DNA from: Euglena gracilis
Taxonomy: Eukaryota
Direction of reading: 5' to 3'
Assembly (NCBI GenBank): GCA_039621445.1
Contig: CP154954.1
Location: forward strand, 7,017,425 to 7,081,424
DNA: 64,000 nt
Shown: positions 35,565 through 47,585 of the stretch, piece after piece
Layout: the number at the start of each line of letters is the position of its first letter
Numbering within the stretch: the first letter of the stretch is position 1
The notes under the pieces: model-generated
Seen by the model: only the letters and a program-made list of their open reading frames with translations
What the model was told of the DNA's origin: nothing
Database searches by the model: none
Translations under genes and position numbers: made by a program

Positions 35565-36142
35565 CAGGCTGTTGCTTAAGGGATTGCAGTACCCCCCCCC
35601 CCCCCCCCCCCCCGGGGGGGCTGGACTGCAGCTAGTCCAAATTTGGCTAGTGGGTTTTCTAGCAGACCCCCCCCGGGGGGGGGTCTGCTAACAGGGCTAG
35701 CTAGTGGAAAAATTTTTCCAGTGACCGGCGCGAAGCGCCGAAAATTTTTTTTGGGACCCCCCAAAATGGCCAAAAATGCCCGTTTTTGGCCATTTTTGGG
35801 AATTTTTGGAACAAAATCAGCCAAAAACCTGTTAAAAACCTCATTTTTTTTTTTTTTTTTTTTTTTTTTTATTTTATTTTTTATTTTTTGTTTTTGTTTT
35901 TTATTTTTTTTTTTTTTTTTTTTGAGTTGCATTTTTTCCTCCGGCGCAGTTTTTTTTTTTTTTTTTTTTCCTCCGCCCGCACACAGCGCCGGAGGAAATT
36001 TTTTTTCCCAGTCCGGGGGACCCCCGGACCCCCCCCCCCCCCGGGGGGGGAGGGGGGGGGCTAGCTAGTCCACTTTTTCCAGTGTCTAGCCGATTGGCTA
36101 GCCAGTACCCCCCCCCCCCGGGGGTCCTTAAGCAAAAGCCTG
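35565..36142. mobile_element. hAT-like MITE, family B
   Basis: TIR caggctgttgcttaagg...ccttaagcaaaagcctg; perfect TSD ttccggac; internal poly-T expansion. Confidence 0.95.
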
Positions 36143-36269
36143 TTCCGGACGATGCGCCGAAAAACGTTTTTTAGGAAATGCCCTCAGACGGGGAGGGGGG
36201 TCCCGCGCCGGGCTGGGTGGGGGACCCCCCCCTCCCCCGGAGGCCTTAAAACGAAGCTTGGGCGGCCCA

Positions 36270-39200
36270 GGGCGGCGCGCCGGCGATCTGGGGCTTCGGC
36301 CACCCCCGGCCCGGAGGCCGTCCGTCGTTCCCCTCGCAGGCCTCGGCCCCGCAGCCGTGTGCCCCGCCCCTGGACTTCTCCCCGCATGGCAGACTGTGGC
36401 TTGGGGGACGACCCCCCAGGGCCGCTAGCCCCAGAGCAGGGCTTCTTTTTAGGGGGGGGGGCTTCCAGGAGAGGAAGGCCACAGCCAACTTGTGGGTAAT
36501 TTAACCTCACTCTGATGACACCCCATGATCAGTACCTCCGTCTGGATGGTTGGTGCAGATGATCCATTTGACTTGACCATTGCCATTTTCACCTTGTAGC
36601 TTTCTACTTAAAAATGCCACAGGGTGTAATTCTTTTGCTGCGTTATGCTGGCTTAAAACACCATCTGCAGCATAATCGCTGTTATCCACTTCTAGCACAA
36701 AGGTGATCGCCCAGACGCCCCAAAAGGAAAGACTCCTATTTTTTGGGGTTCACACAAAGGCCGCCTTTCTTGCCAGTTGGTGCGGAGCCTCAGCCACTTC
36801 ATTGATTTGCCTATGTTTTTTCCCCCCATGCAACGAGCAAGGCTTTGCCCCAAGCGTGGGCCTAACGGCCCCTCCCGCAGCTGAGGTGGGGAGGGAGGAC
36901 ATTTCATCTTTGGCTGCACTCCTTCCAACGTGACCGCAGGGCGGAGGGTTTCGGTCAATGGCCCAGGTATTGATTTTGGAGCCCAGCGCCGGAAATTTCT
37001 GCCCCTCTCAGGGGGTCCCATGGCACCCTGGCTGGGGGGCTGGGTGGATGGGCCGACCCCCTGTCTTCTTGTAAGAAGCCTGCCTGGGGGGTGGGGGGGT
37101 CGAAGGAAGAGGCCCTGCTGCGGAGGTCGAGGCGTGGCTCGGCTCGTGCCTTGCCGGGCTGGCCTCGCAGCTCGCCCTCTGCCTCGCCGAAACCGGGGCG
37201 GAGGTGGACGGGTTTGGAGAGCCGCCCAAACCGCCCGGGCTGTTCTTCTAAGTGGCGGTGGCAGTTTCCCTTCCCAAGAGTGCAACCCAAACAGCACTGA
37301 ATGACTGATGTGTAGTTATTTTGTTTAAACCTGGTGCCCCACAGGGGGGGAAGGTGGCTGGCTACCCCCCCCCCCAGGGATGAGGTTGGGCCAGGTTGCC
37401 TCCTCGGAGGGGAGTGTTTCGCTTTTTCTTTGGACCCAAAATTGACCCCCCCCCCAACAGGGTTCCACCAAGCCCCCCCCCCCCCATGTGGGACCTCTAG
37501 GGGGTGGGTGGGTGAGCCGACCTCCCCTCCCCCCAGGTCCTAAAAAACCCCAGTCAGGGAACGATATTTTTTTAGGCATTGACACATGAACACACTTTTT
37601 TAAAAAAAAATGAATCAGACGCTCTCACCAGGGATTTCCACAGCTTCCCAGGCAGGGGGAGGGTTAACAAAATGGACAAGCAAAAGGCACCGGGTCAGCA
37701 AAACGTTAACATTTTCAATGCTTGTGTAAGGTGTCAGATAAGAATATTGTTGCGGAAACTGTGGTGTCGGCCTTTACTGGGCCCCTCCCGGGGGGGGGGG
37801 GGGGCAGTAGTTGCAGTAGTTACTAGGGAGGTCCACCTTCTTAAACGACAGCTGATGGGGTCTCAACGGCACCTTTTCAGTGTTCTCCGTTGTTTTTTGG
37901 GGCAGGGTTAGGGTTACAGCTATCGTTCCAAAGGGGATCCGGGTTAGGGTTAGGCCAAAAGTTAGGGAGTTAGGCCGAAATCAGGCCGTAATTCCTGCCT
38001 AAATTGGCCTAATTTGGCTGCCCAATTGGCCAAATTTAGGCCAAGAGGCCTAAATCCTAACCCTAACCCTAACCCAAACCCTAACTCTAACCCTATCCCT
38101 TTCAATAAACCCAAACCCGGAAGCCTGGGAACAATAGTAGGCCTTCCTTACTGCGCATTTGTCTGGGACATCTCCGGCGGGGAGGGCAAAAACGCAGGCG
38201 GATGGGGGGGGTCTATCTTCTTAACCGTGGGGGGTCCGAACCCCCCCCCCCTGTTTAACTGCTGCCCCGCCCCAGTGGGAGGCCAGTAGGAAAGGCTGCA
38301 ATTGTGGAAAACACAGCCATTTATACTGGCCTGTCATGCAAATTCCTTCAGGGGTCGGCATGAATGGATCCGTATGTCCATTTTAAGGTCCAAAAAACAT
38401 TCAATCACAGTTTTGTTTGTCTCTTTTTTCTGCACCCCTGCAAACACTGTCTGTGTCTCATCAAAGAAGTCTTCTATTTGCGCATATTTTCAGAATTGGA
38501 AAATGTGCCAAATCCTGCCCCCCCCCCCCCCCTTTATACCCACCCCTCATTTTCACCAACCTCCCTTCGGAAATAACACAGCGGACAATCCAAGTTCCAA
38601 CTGAGTCAGAGGCCACATCGAAAAGGAAGGCAAAGCCTGAAGAACCCGGAGACTGACAAACAGGAGCTTTCAGGCTCCAGCCCTACCGTTGAAATCCCTG
38701 AAGATGTGCCTGGGGGGTCCAAAGCAAAAAAAACGAGGCGAAAACGGTACGTTTGCAGACTAACCTAAGGCCATGGTGCAGTTTGTGGCTGTGGCGGTGC
38801 AGCCCCCCCGCAGGGCGGCCCGCCGGGGGACGGACCTCCCCGCGCAGCTGCGGCGGCTGGCCGCCGTGGTCCGCGCGGCGGAGGCGCGGCTGCGGCGGCT
38901 GGCGGCGGTGGCGGAGGCCCCGCCGGGGGGACCCCTGCGGCAGCACCGGCGCAAGGGGCCGCCCCAACCCCTGCTGATGGGGCCACATACAACTTTTTTT
39001 TTGCTGTGTCCATTTCCACTCGGTACCTCCAAACAGGGCGTCGGGAGCACACCCAGTGACGTCACATTTTCTTTTCGGCATTGGCAAGGCTCCCTCGCCT
39101 CTGGCGGCGCTTTGGCTGCGCCAACCACGTTGCAGACGGAGTCGGCTTGCCACGTTGGCCATCCAGGGCTGCTGGGCTTTCCCAAACCACCGAGAGGAAC

Positions 39201-42200
39201 GTGCGGATGGGACGGCTGTGGTTGTTATTGCCAAACGCTGGTCTATTCCCCCCCCCCCCCCTATGTCCAACGACCCCCCTATGTCCAACGACCACCCCCC
39301 CGGTCAGAGGACACCTTTTTGGAGGTTTGGCGAAAATTTTGGTCCCGGCGCGAAGCGCCGGGCCGAAAATTTTTGTGCCCCAAATGGGTCAAAAATTGGC
39401 CAAAATGCCATTTTTGGCACTTTTTGGACAAAAATTTGTCAAAATTGCCCAGAATTTTTGGCGCAAAGCGCTGGAAGGGAAAATTTGACCTTATTTGGGG
39501 GGTGGGGTCCCGATTACCCGCCAACATTTTTTTTGACCCCTTGTCCAACGACCACCCCCCCCGGTCAGAGGACACCTTTTTGGTCACTACCCTATGTCCA
39601 ACGACCACCCCCCCGGTCGGAGGACAGAGGTTACTGGTCGTTGGACATAGGGGGGAGGGTAAGCACTCTCCCTACCCCCCCCCCCGGGAAACTGTCATGC
39701 CCGAGAACCTGTCAGGCTCCCGACCGGGAAACTGTCAGGGTCCCCGGTACCGGCCAACCTGTCAGTATAGGAAGTTGTCAGGATCCCCGGTGCCAGCCAA
39801 CCTGTCAGGGTCATTTTTCATTGACTTTCCCTTGAAATGCCCTACCCGGGAAACTGTCAGGGTCCCGCCCGGGAAACTGTCAGGGTCCCCAGTACCGGCC
39901 AACCTGTCAGTATAGGAAGTTGTCAGGGTCCCCGGTACTGGCCAACCTGTCAGGTGACAGTTTCCCGGGGGGGGGGTAGGTATCCCCCCCACAGGAAACT
40001 TCCTCTACCCTCTCTACCACTGCCAACTTGTACAGTTTTTTTTTTGCATTTTTTTGCTCGGATATTTTTTCGGCTTGAAAAAATTCCACATGTCATTATT
40101 ATGTCATTTTTGACTTTTTGGTCAACAAATTCCATAATTTTGGAATCATGTTGTTCCAAAAATCTAGTCAAAATACATCAAAGTACAGTTGTATGACGGA
40201 AACGTGAAGGAGCACTTGAAGGAGTTTCCATGCATCGAGCATTTTTGTGATTTTTTTTCTGTCACATTTTCCGAGGGTCTGTGCTGTGCTGTCCCCCTTC
40301 CCTGTTAAGAAGTGGAACACCGACCGCTGGCATTTTTTCCCCTCCCAAAATAAACGCAACGTTTGCACCCGAAAGACAATGATCAGTTCGGCCTCTCAGC
40401 TTGTGAATTCATCCCAAGTTGAGTTCCCAGTGCGGCTGGAAATAACAAACGACCGAAGTTGGCAAAGGAATGTGTGCACTGCAGGAGAATTTCCACCCAA
40501 TCGGATTTCGATTGTGGATGTTTAGATCAAAATCCAACACTAATCGCAATTCCGAAAACGGAATTCTCCCCCAATGATACACTTGGTTGTAGCCCGCAAT
40601 GCGCGGAGATACACCGAGTACTCCAACAACGCGGATTAGCCTCGTTGTTTGGAAACGCGAAAAGCGTCATTCCTAATCACAATCGCAATTACACTTGGTA
40701 CGGATTTGATGCGGAATGGGGAAAACCCCAACCTGTCCAAACTCCCTTGGGATTAACCCTTGAGGTAGTGGAAGACAGCCCGCATGTTTGTGGATCCATT
40801 CATTGTGTTTCTTCACTCCAACCCGGAAATCGGGTGCATGAATACGCGAAACGCGTATGGAATGCTTTCAATTTTGGTCAATGTCGCATTTTGGAACGAT
40901 GGTTTTCCAAAATCGCGTCATTGGCTGATTCCTTTGATTTGGCATTGGAAATCGATGTCTTTTCATCGAAAGCGCATGCCCGTTTGCCACGTCATTGGTC
41001 ACACCACTCCAACGCATTTGATAAATTTTGGGGTGATACGGTGTTATGGGCACAACTGTGGCATGATTATTTTTTCCACGTTTTTTTATCCGTCGGTTTT
41101 TGACGCCAAGTTGGATTTGGAATGCCTTTCTGGAATTATGTGCTGACATTTTTATCTCTTGAGGCATTGCAGCTTGGGCAATTTCCATAGACCCTGTCCC
41201 CACGATCAGCATCCTGATCCACAGCCCAGCAACGCGGGCAGGCCAGACGATACCCATCCTGTTGCATATTGGGTGCGGGGGGCGGGCTGTCCAAAACCTC
41301 ATGGGTGTAAGTGGCGAGTGTGGGATGGGGGGTCCGACGACCATATTCCCATTTATCCAGGTCGCTTTTTCAAATCAGATTTTTTCCTTCAGATTGCCAT
41401 TTTGTGTGTGGGGGGGGGCTTCTCCTCATTCAGCCCTGGGTATCAAATGGTTCAGGGCCTCAGAAGGTGTGGATGTGGTGAATACCCGAGAAATTAGAGA
41501 TGATTGGATGTTGGAATGGACGATGCTGCCAGTTTGGAATGGGTCAACTACCTCCATGTTTTCAGTAGTGGTTTCCAATCACATTCCATCGCCCCGGCCT
41601 GAAATCAACAGTGCAGAACATCCCCCTGCCAGACACCCCGCTCTCCCGGCCAGTCTGTGACTGGAGAGTCTCCCCTCCACTTGGGTTTCATGGCCTGTCA
41701 CTTCTTCTGCACACCATGTGTCGCCCCCATATAGTGAGGTGAGCACCACCTGGCATGTGGTTCACATCATACCATTGCCTGTGTGTGTCCGACCCCCCAA
41801 CTAATTTGTTTTTCTGGCTCTGTCCCAACCGCAAAACAATTTTTTGTTGTTTTGCTCCACCTTCATCGATTCATTTAACACCTTTGGGGTATGCCGCGTG
41901 TCAGATGTTGGCCTTACCGAAGGCCGAGCCAGGAATTTTTTTCAAGGGGTTTCGGCCGATTTTGGCTGGATTTTGGGTGGGTGGGTGTTTGTTGGGTGTG
42001 GTTGACCCGGGGGGGTGGGGTATTTCAAAAACTTGGCTGGGTTGGTATGGGCCCGGGAAAAGTGCCCCCCAGGGGGTTCCTTTTTTTTGGCAGGGGTCGC
42101 AAAGTGAATCCATGCTTTGGACTACGCACCCCCATTTTCCTTGTTTCGCCTGGCAGGACGGCCTTCCTTCATGATGGGGGTTGGTGGGAGGGATTTTGGA

Positions 42201-45200
42201 ACCCTGGGGGGGGGGGGCGTTCAGATGGGTGCGCCGTTCGGTGGGTCGGGGGCTGCCGGCCTCCCCGGCGGTTGCACGCGCCGCCGCTGACGCCGCTGGG
42301 CGGGGCTGCCGCGCCGCCCCCCTTCCCTGGCCGGTGCGGTGCGGCGCGTCCTGGCTGGCTGCGTGCCGGGCGAGGGACCACACCAATAATGCACGGGCCC
42401 CATGCTTGCCACCTGTTTGACCAATTCCTGCTTCCCAATTCCAAATAGGGAGATAAGGTAAGCCCCCCCCCCCCCTCCATGCCGCTGGGGACACTGTCGC
42501 CAGACAAGTTGGCCAGCACCGCAAGCACAGACAGCTTCCCGTGGCCTGATAGTCTCAAATTGGTTATCGAGCTTGGGAAGGGGGGCGTCCTTGATGGGGG
42601 AGAAAATCGACTGGAGGGGAAGCCATTTTGGTTGTTGAGGCAGGTGTTTGGGGGGGGTCCTGACCCCCCCCTCCGGGTAAGGTGGTACCACTGGTGGGGC
42701 GGTCCGAAACCCTCTAGACGTTGGTAGAGGCCTGAGAGGGAGTCCGGACAACTCCCCCTTGGCAGGCTCCAAAATCACTGAGAAGTATTTGGGGAATCTG
42801 CATGCCGGGAAGTTCAAAATGTTTTTTTTTTCTTTTGGTCACAATGCACAGGTTTTCATGTTTCGGTGTTTTCCACATTAATTTAAAATCAATAAAATCG
42901 AAACACTTTGTATTTATTTTCAAGAAAAACAGTTTTCCACATTTTGTGGCTTGGCATCAGGCCATTTGACTGGTCACAGGTATGAAGATTTTCTAGGTCC
43001 CTGATGGGTTTGACACCCCACCCCCACTTTTGGGGATTCCCATGCATCCCTGAACACCCAGAATCCTAAGTAGAATGGTGTTCTGGTAAGGAGCAGCCTG
43101 GTGTAAGGACTGCAGGGTTTTTTTTTCCAGTCTTGGACCACTGGGGGGGTGGGTGGGTCCGGCCGGGCCCCCCCCCCCCCCGGGTCTACTCTACTTAGTG
43201 GGATCTACTTTTCGGCTCCAAAGGCGCCGATTTTTTTTTGAAAAGGTGCTAATTTTTGCATTTCGCGATTTGTGGCCTTTTTGGGGAAAAGTGGGTTGGG
43301 TCCAGGGGTTTTTTTTTAGCCTTGGACCCCCCCCCCCCCCGGGGGGTGGGGTAGGGGCTGGTGGGTATATCTTTTTCGGCGCCGAAGGCGCCGAAAATTT
43401 TGAAAAGGTGCTATTTTTAGCATTTTTGGGCAAAAGTGGGTGGGTCCCCCGGGACCCCCCCCCCCTCCCCCCGGGGGGGCCCCACCCCTGGGGGTGGGTG
43501 GGTGGGTGCCGACCTTCTCCCCCCCCCCCACCCCTGGTTGGGTCCCCGGGACCCCCCCTCCCGCAGGGGGCCCCCCAGGGGGTGGGTGGGGGGGACCCCC
43601 CTCCCCCCGGTCTTAAAAATAAACCCTGAAGGGCTGCCACAATTATCGATCATTTCTCTTGTATCGCATACCCAGCAAAATGGTTCTCCAATGTTGAGCA
43701 AGTAAAAAATGATTTCCAAAACTTCAGTGTATCTGCCTAGTCTAACAAGGCTGTGACAAAGAGGCTTTTTTTCTGCATCTCTGTGCGCGTGTGTGTGCGC
43801 ATGCGCCCGCACACGTGTGCGTGTGCGAACATGTGTCTTTCTGTGACTGTGTGTGCGTCGTTTCCTCACCGCACCCTGCTCAGCTTTGCCGAGGTTACCT
43901 GCCCGGACGACCCGCAGGCAGACGGGCAATCGCTGGACGCCATCGCTGAGCACAGGCTTCCGTTTTATTTGCTTTTTTCCACCATTGTTGGAATTGGTTT
44001 TTTCCCTGCAAGTCTATCGCTTCGCTGTTCCGACGGTTCAACATCGAGATTTCCTCAAGCCGGACGGTATCATGCCACTCCTGGGGACCCTCGACTCACC
44101 CAACAGTGTTCGGGAACACCTGTTGGGCGTCCACTCCGCCCTCCAGATTTCCATTTGTGCTTTTTTCCATTGCCGGTGCCGACGGAAGCGTAACTGGGGC
44201 ACAGTGTGACGGTCTCGCCAAGCCCCTGGGGCTGACCAACGGCTCAGACTTGGTTCCCGGCTCAGTCCCACGCCCGCTGTGCACCGGCAAGGTTGCCGGG
44301 GAGACGGCGGGGGCCACACAAACGAGCGGCCTGTGGGGGCCGCGGGGTCTTTGTGCCTGCAGGGCCGTGGGGTCTTTAGAAGCTGATTTGATACATGGAA
44401 AAAACCAGCCTTCGCATGGAGGAGGTAACTGGTGGTCGAAATCCTCAGAGGCGTTGGGCACAACTGTTTGAAAGTATCCCTAGGCTCTGTTTACCTGGCA
44501 TTTCATGTGATACAGTGCGGATGTAAAAAATGCATTGATGTAGATTAATGCATATAACATATTATGTACTTTTTCCAAAGGCATCATTGTCAGAACCATC
44601 CATCATCATCAACGTCCTCCTCCTCATCAGCACAGCCATCCTCGTTAATATCACTGTTGCTCCACTCTTATTAGCATGCTAGTGGTAGCGCAGTGTCAAC
44701 GTTTTTGTCGTTGTTGTGATTGTTTGTTGCTTTGCTGCAAGGATGTTTTTTTGGGCCAAAGCCAAAGGATTTCCTTGTATCTTTTCTAACGCCATTTTTG
44801 TACGAAACTTGTGGGAAACATCTCTATACACAACCCAGGATTTTTTTTACAGGGAGGTTGCACCACCCATCCACGCTTCCAACCCTTCCCATTTTTCTGG
44901 AGCGCTTATTTTTAGTTTGTTTTAAAATTTTTTAAGAATACATGTCATGCTTAATCAATATGTCAATGCAGGTCCACTGGTCCCCAACCACGTCTCAGTC
45001 GAATGTAATTTGCTCCGGAGAGTTGCCTCCACAGTCGCCGAACCGGCCGTCCGCAGTCCCAACCATTCCTTGTCGGTCGTCGGGGGAGAGAGGAAGGTTC
45101 CGACTAGGATGGGATCCCCGGTGATGTCCCTAATGTGATCGAGCTTTTGGGGATGGACACCCATCGTTCATTTCACACCGGTGTGACCCCACCGCTGGCT

Positions 45201-46480
45201 TAGTGACAACAATGAAGACAAATCAGAAGGTTTTGATTGCACCCTTTTTCATTGTGCTGAAAGGCATCAGAATTCGTGGAGGTTTCAGGATTTCATAGAA
45301 GCCAAGAAGACCAGTGTGCAGACCAGGGTGCCGTTTCATCGTTCTCGATCTAAAGGAACAACTTCGGAATAAGTATGCGTTTAATTTAACTAATTTTACT
45401 TAATAATCATTAAAATTAATTTATTTTTTCTAGTTTTAATCACTTTTAATTTAATCTTCATTATTTTTCCCACGTTGCAATTGAAATTAATTGCAATTAT
45501 TTTTTCACAAAATGAATAATTTTCCACAATTTCATTTTGTAATATATTTTTTTATGTTTCTGTAATTTGGTGTTGTATGGAAACAGCTTCATTTTTTGGG
45601 GGAAAAAATTGTCACCTGCTTCCTGTATATTTTTTTTGGACTGACCAACGCCAACACAGTGGCGCTCACATCCTGGGACCGGCGACGGGCTCTCTGTCGC
45701 GCCGCCGCCCTGGGGCCCTGGGGCCCGGCCCAAACTTTCCCTCCAATCGAATCGTTTTGCCCCCAGACCCACATCCTTTTTCAGACAACGGGGCACGAGA
45801 GTTGGGCGGCCCTCATCCCTGGTCCCTGGGCTGGGGGTGGGCGGGGTGGGTTTGGCCCCCTCCCCCGCGGAGCAGTGCTCTGGGATGCATGGCGCAGGAA
45901 GAAATGAAGAAACAGCTTTTTTGGCAACATTTTCAAAGGTATTTTGAGATGTTCCTTTTTCATTTTTCCACGACTTTGAATGGCTTTTTTGCTTTTTTTC
46001 TGCGACCTGAAAAATGGACCCTCATGTATTCTAACTCTTTGAACGTGCTCAATCGTTCATTACCACTCCTCAGCAGGGGCTTTCCAAACGTTAGGTGTTA
46101 GTAACGCAAACCAGTTTAAATTTTTTAAACAGCTATTGCCGGATTGTAATCCGGTTTCAGGCCTAGCTCCAGCCCATGGGACCGCTATGGGGATGGGAGG
46201 GGGGGGGTCAGCCAGCGGCTTTTTTCCAGACACCCAGCCACTGAGCCCGGGGGGAGGGTGGCAGGGGTCTTTAAGTGACGTCCCAGTGGACCCTTTTTGT
46301 TTTCTTAAGGAGATCTTGCCCACCATCCGACCATCCAGCACCATCAGGGGCTGAATTCCCAGGGTTGTTAGGTTGCGGTGAATACTGGGGGACACAACAC
46401 GATGCATGTCCGTGGACGGATCAGGGGGAAGTCTGCCTCCGCCCCTTCCCGGCCGACGCTCTTGACGGTTGTTGTACTGC
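36270..46480 (+). CDS. Scattered GC-rich exon-like segments of an unresolved gene (or an N-terminal extension of TRPV paralog 2)
   Basis: Codon-like GC-rich islands at about 37105-37225 (AAEVEAWLGSCLAGLASQLALCLAETGAEVDG), 38773-38960 (MVQFVAVAV...LRRLAAVVRAAEARLRRL), 42260-42370, 43870-43950 (FAEVTCPDDPQADGQSLDAIA), 44030-44150, 44970-45130 and 45640-45710. No recognisable domain; junctions not established. Confidence 0.3.
36590..36698 (-). pseudogene. Ty3/gypsy LTR-retrotransposon RNase H fragment
   Basis: LEVDNSDYAADGVLSQ...LHPVAFLSRKLQ matches the gypsy RNase H pattern (LETDASDYAIGAVLSQ...HPVAF.SRKL); isolated fragment. Confidence 0.8.
37905..38100. repeat. Dispersed repeat with telomere-like TTAGGG/CCCTAA ends
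   Basis: ggttagggtt units on the left, (cctaac)n units on the right and an aggcctaaa core; homologous to about 16988-17175 and, inverted, about 15350-15735. Confidence 0.7.
39246..39659. mobile_element. TA-flanked MITE, family C
   Basis: Homologous to 20285-20697. Confidence 0.85.
39675..39976. mobile_element. TA-flanked MITE, family G
   Basis: TIR C(n)gggaaactgtca...tgacagtttcccG(n), TA flanks, internal repeats of ctgtcagggtccccggtaccggccaacctgtcag. Confidence 0.85.
40459..41103 (+). pseudogene. Degenerate retroelement-type (DIRS-like) adenine methyltransferase domain remnant
   Basis: IDVFSSKAHARLPRHWSHHSNAFDKFWGDTVLWAQ resembles IDLFAS..N..LPR..S....AF...W.....WANPP, but the catalytic NPP is absent. 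Intronless, with lower GC than host exons. Confidence 0.55.
43113..43628. mobile_element. hAT-like MITE (family E-like)
   Basis: Ends cagggttttttttt...aaaaataaaccctg; TSD aaggactg/aagggctg (7/8). Confidence 0.82.
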
Positions 46481-47585
46481 ATGGATTGTACGGATGTGGT
46501 CCGTTTTCAAGCGGTGGTTCGGTTTTGAATGGCTGGATGGGCTGGTTTGACTGGCACTGTGGCTGTATTATGTGTACCCCATGGTTATGATGATTACCAT
46601 AACCAGGTGTATGAGAAGCTGTCAGAATCCTTGTTCCGCCAGCAAAAGAACTGATTGTGAGGCTTTTTTCGACGCATTAACTGTTTGTGTGCAGATTGGG
46701 TTTCAAAAAAGAGGAAGAAGGAATCGTGTTTTAGAGTGACTGACTGGTTTTTGGCCCAGACCCCCTCCCCCGGGGGGGGGGTTCAGCAAAATGAGCCAGT
46801 GCCGAACGCGCCAGAAATTCCTTTGGATTCCAGAGTGGCCAACCCCGGGCGGGAGGGGTAGTGACTGACTGGTTTTCCCAAAAAAGAAGTGAGTGACTTG
46901 TTTTTGGAAGAGTGGAGAGCGTGCCCACCCAGTGAGGGGGGGGGGTCGGTAAAAAAATGTATGAGGGGAACCCTGGGGACTGGAAGGCTGGAGTGGTTCG
47001 ATCATCTGTCCTGGTGATAGGTTCTGAGCTTTGCTGAGCTTAGCTGAGCATCTCGGGCTTTTACATCAAAAGCGTTGGCACTTTCTGCCAAAAGAATCTT
47101 TTCTCAGATTAAGGGAACCTCCCTGGGGGCGTCAGGCTGTGGAGAAAGTAGTGATAAATCACAGTTTTCAAACGAGGTTTTCCGTAAAGCCAGCTTTCCC
47201 TTTCCTTAAAGGCGTTCCAGGGACGGGCTTGAACCCGGGGACTTGTTCAGTGATAGCCTTGCTTGGGGGGGGGGCGTGGTTTGCCTCGTGCCGCGCAATA
47301 TGCAATGCGTTCTTTTATTTGGTGTTAACATGAAAATGATGCATTTTCACCCGGCATAGTTCGTATCACCCAATCTTTTGCGTGGTATGTGTGTCTCCAC
47401 AAGTGCCATATGTGCCATGTGTATCACAACATTATTTATCACATGTGTTATCACCGAAATTCTTTTTGTGTAATTTAGCATCTGTGCCACCAAAGCAAAA
47501 TTATTGTATTTGGTTCGTTCTCCTTTGCATTCGCGGCCGCGTCCCCAGCCCAGCCCCACTCACCCTCCGCCGGCGGTCCGAGTCG

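Noticed and set aside
38050-38098. True telomere
   Set aside because: Short, degenerate and interstitial; part of a dispersed repeat.
38961-39915. C-terminal part of the 380-aa ORF 38773-39915
   Set aside because: It runs through family C and G MITEs. At most the first ~60 codons look like an exon.
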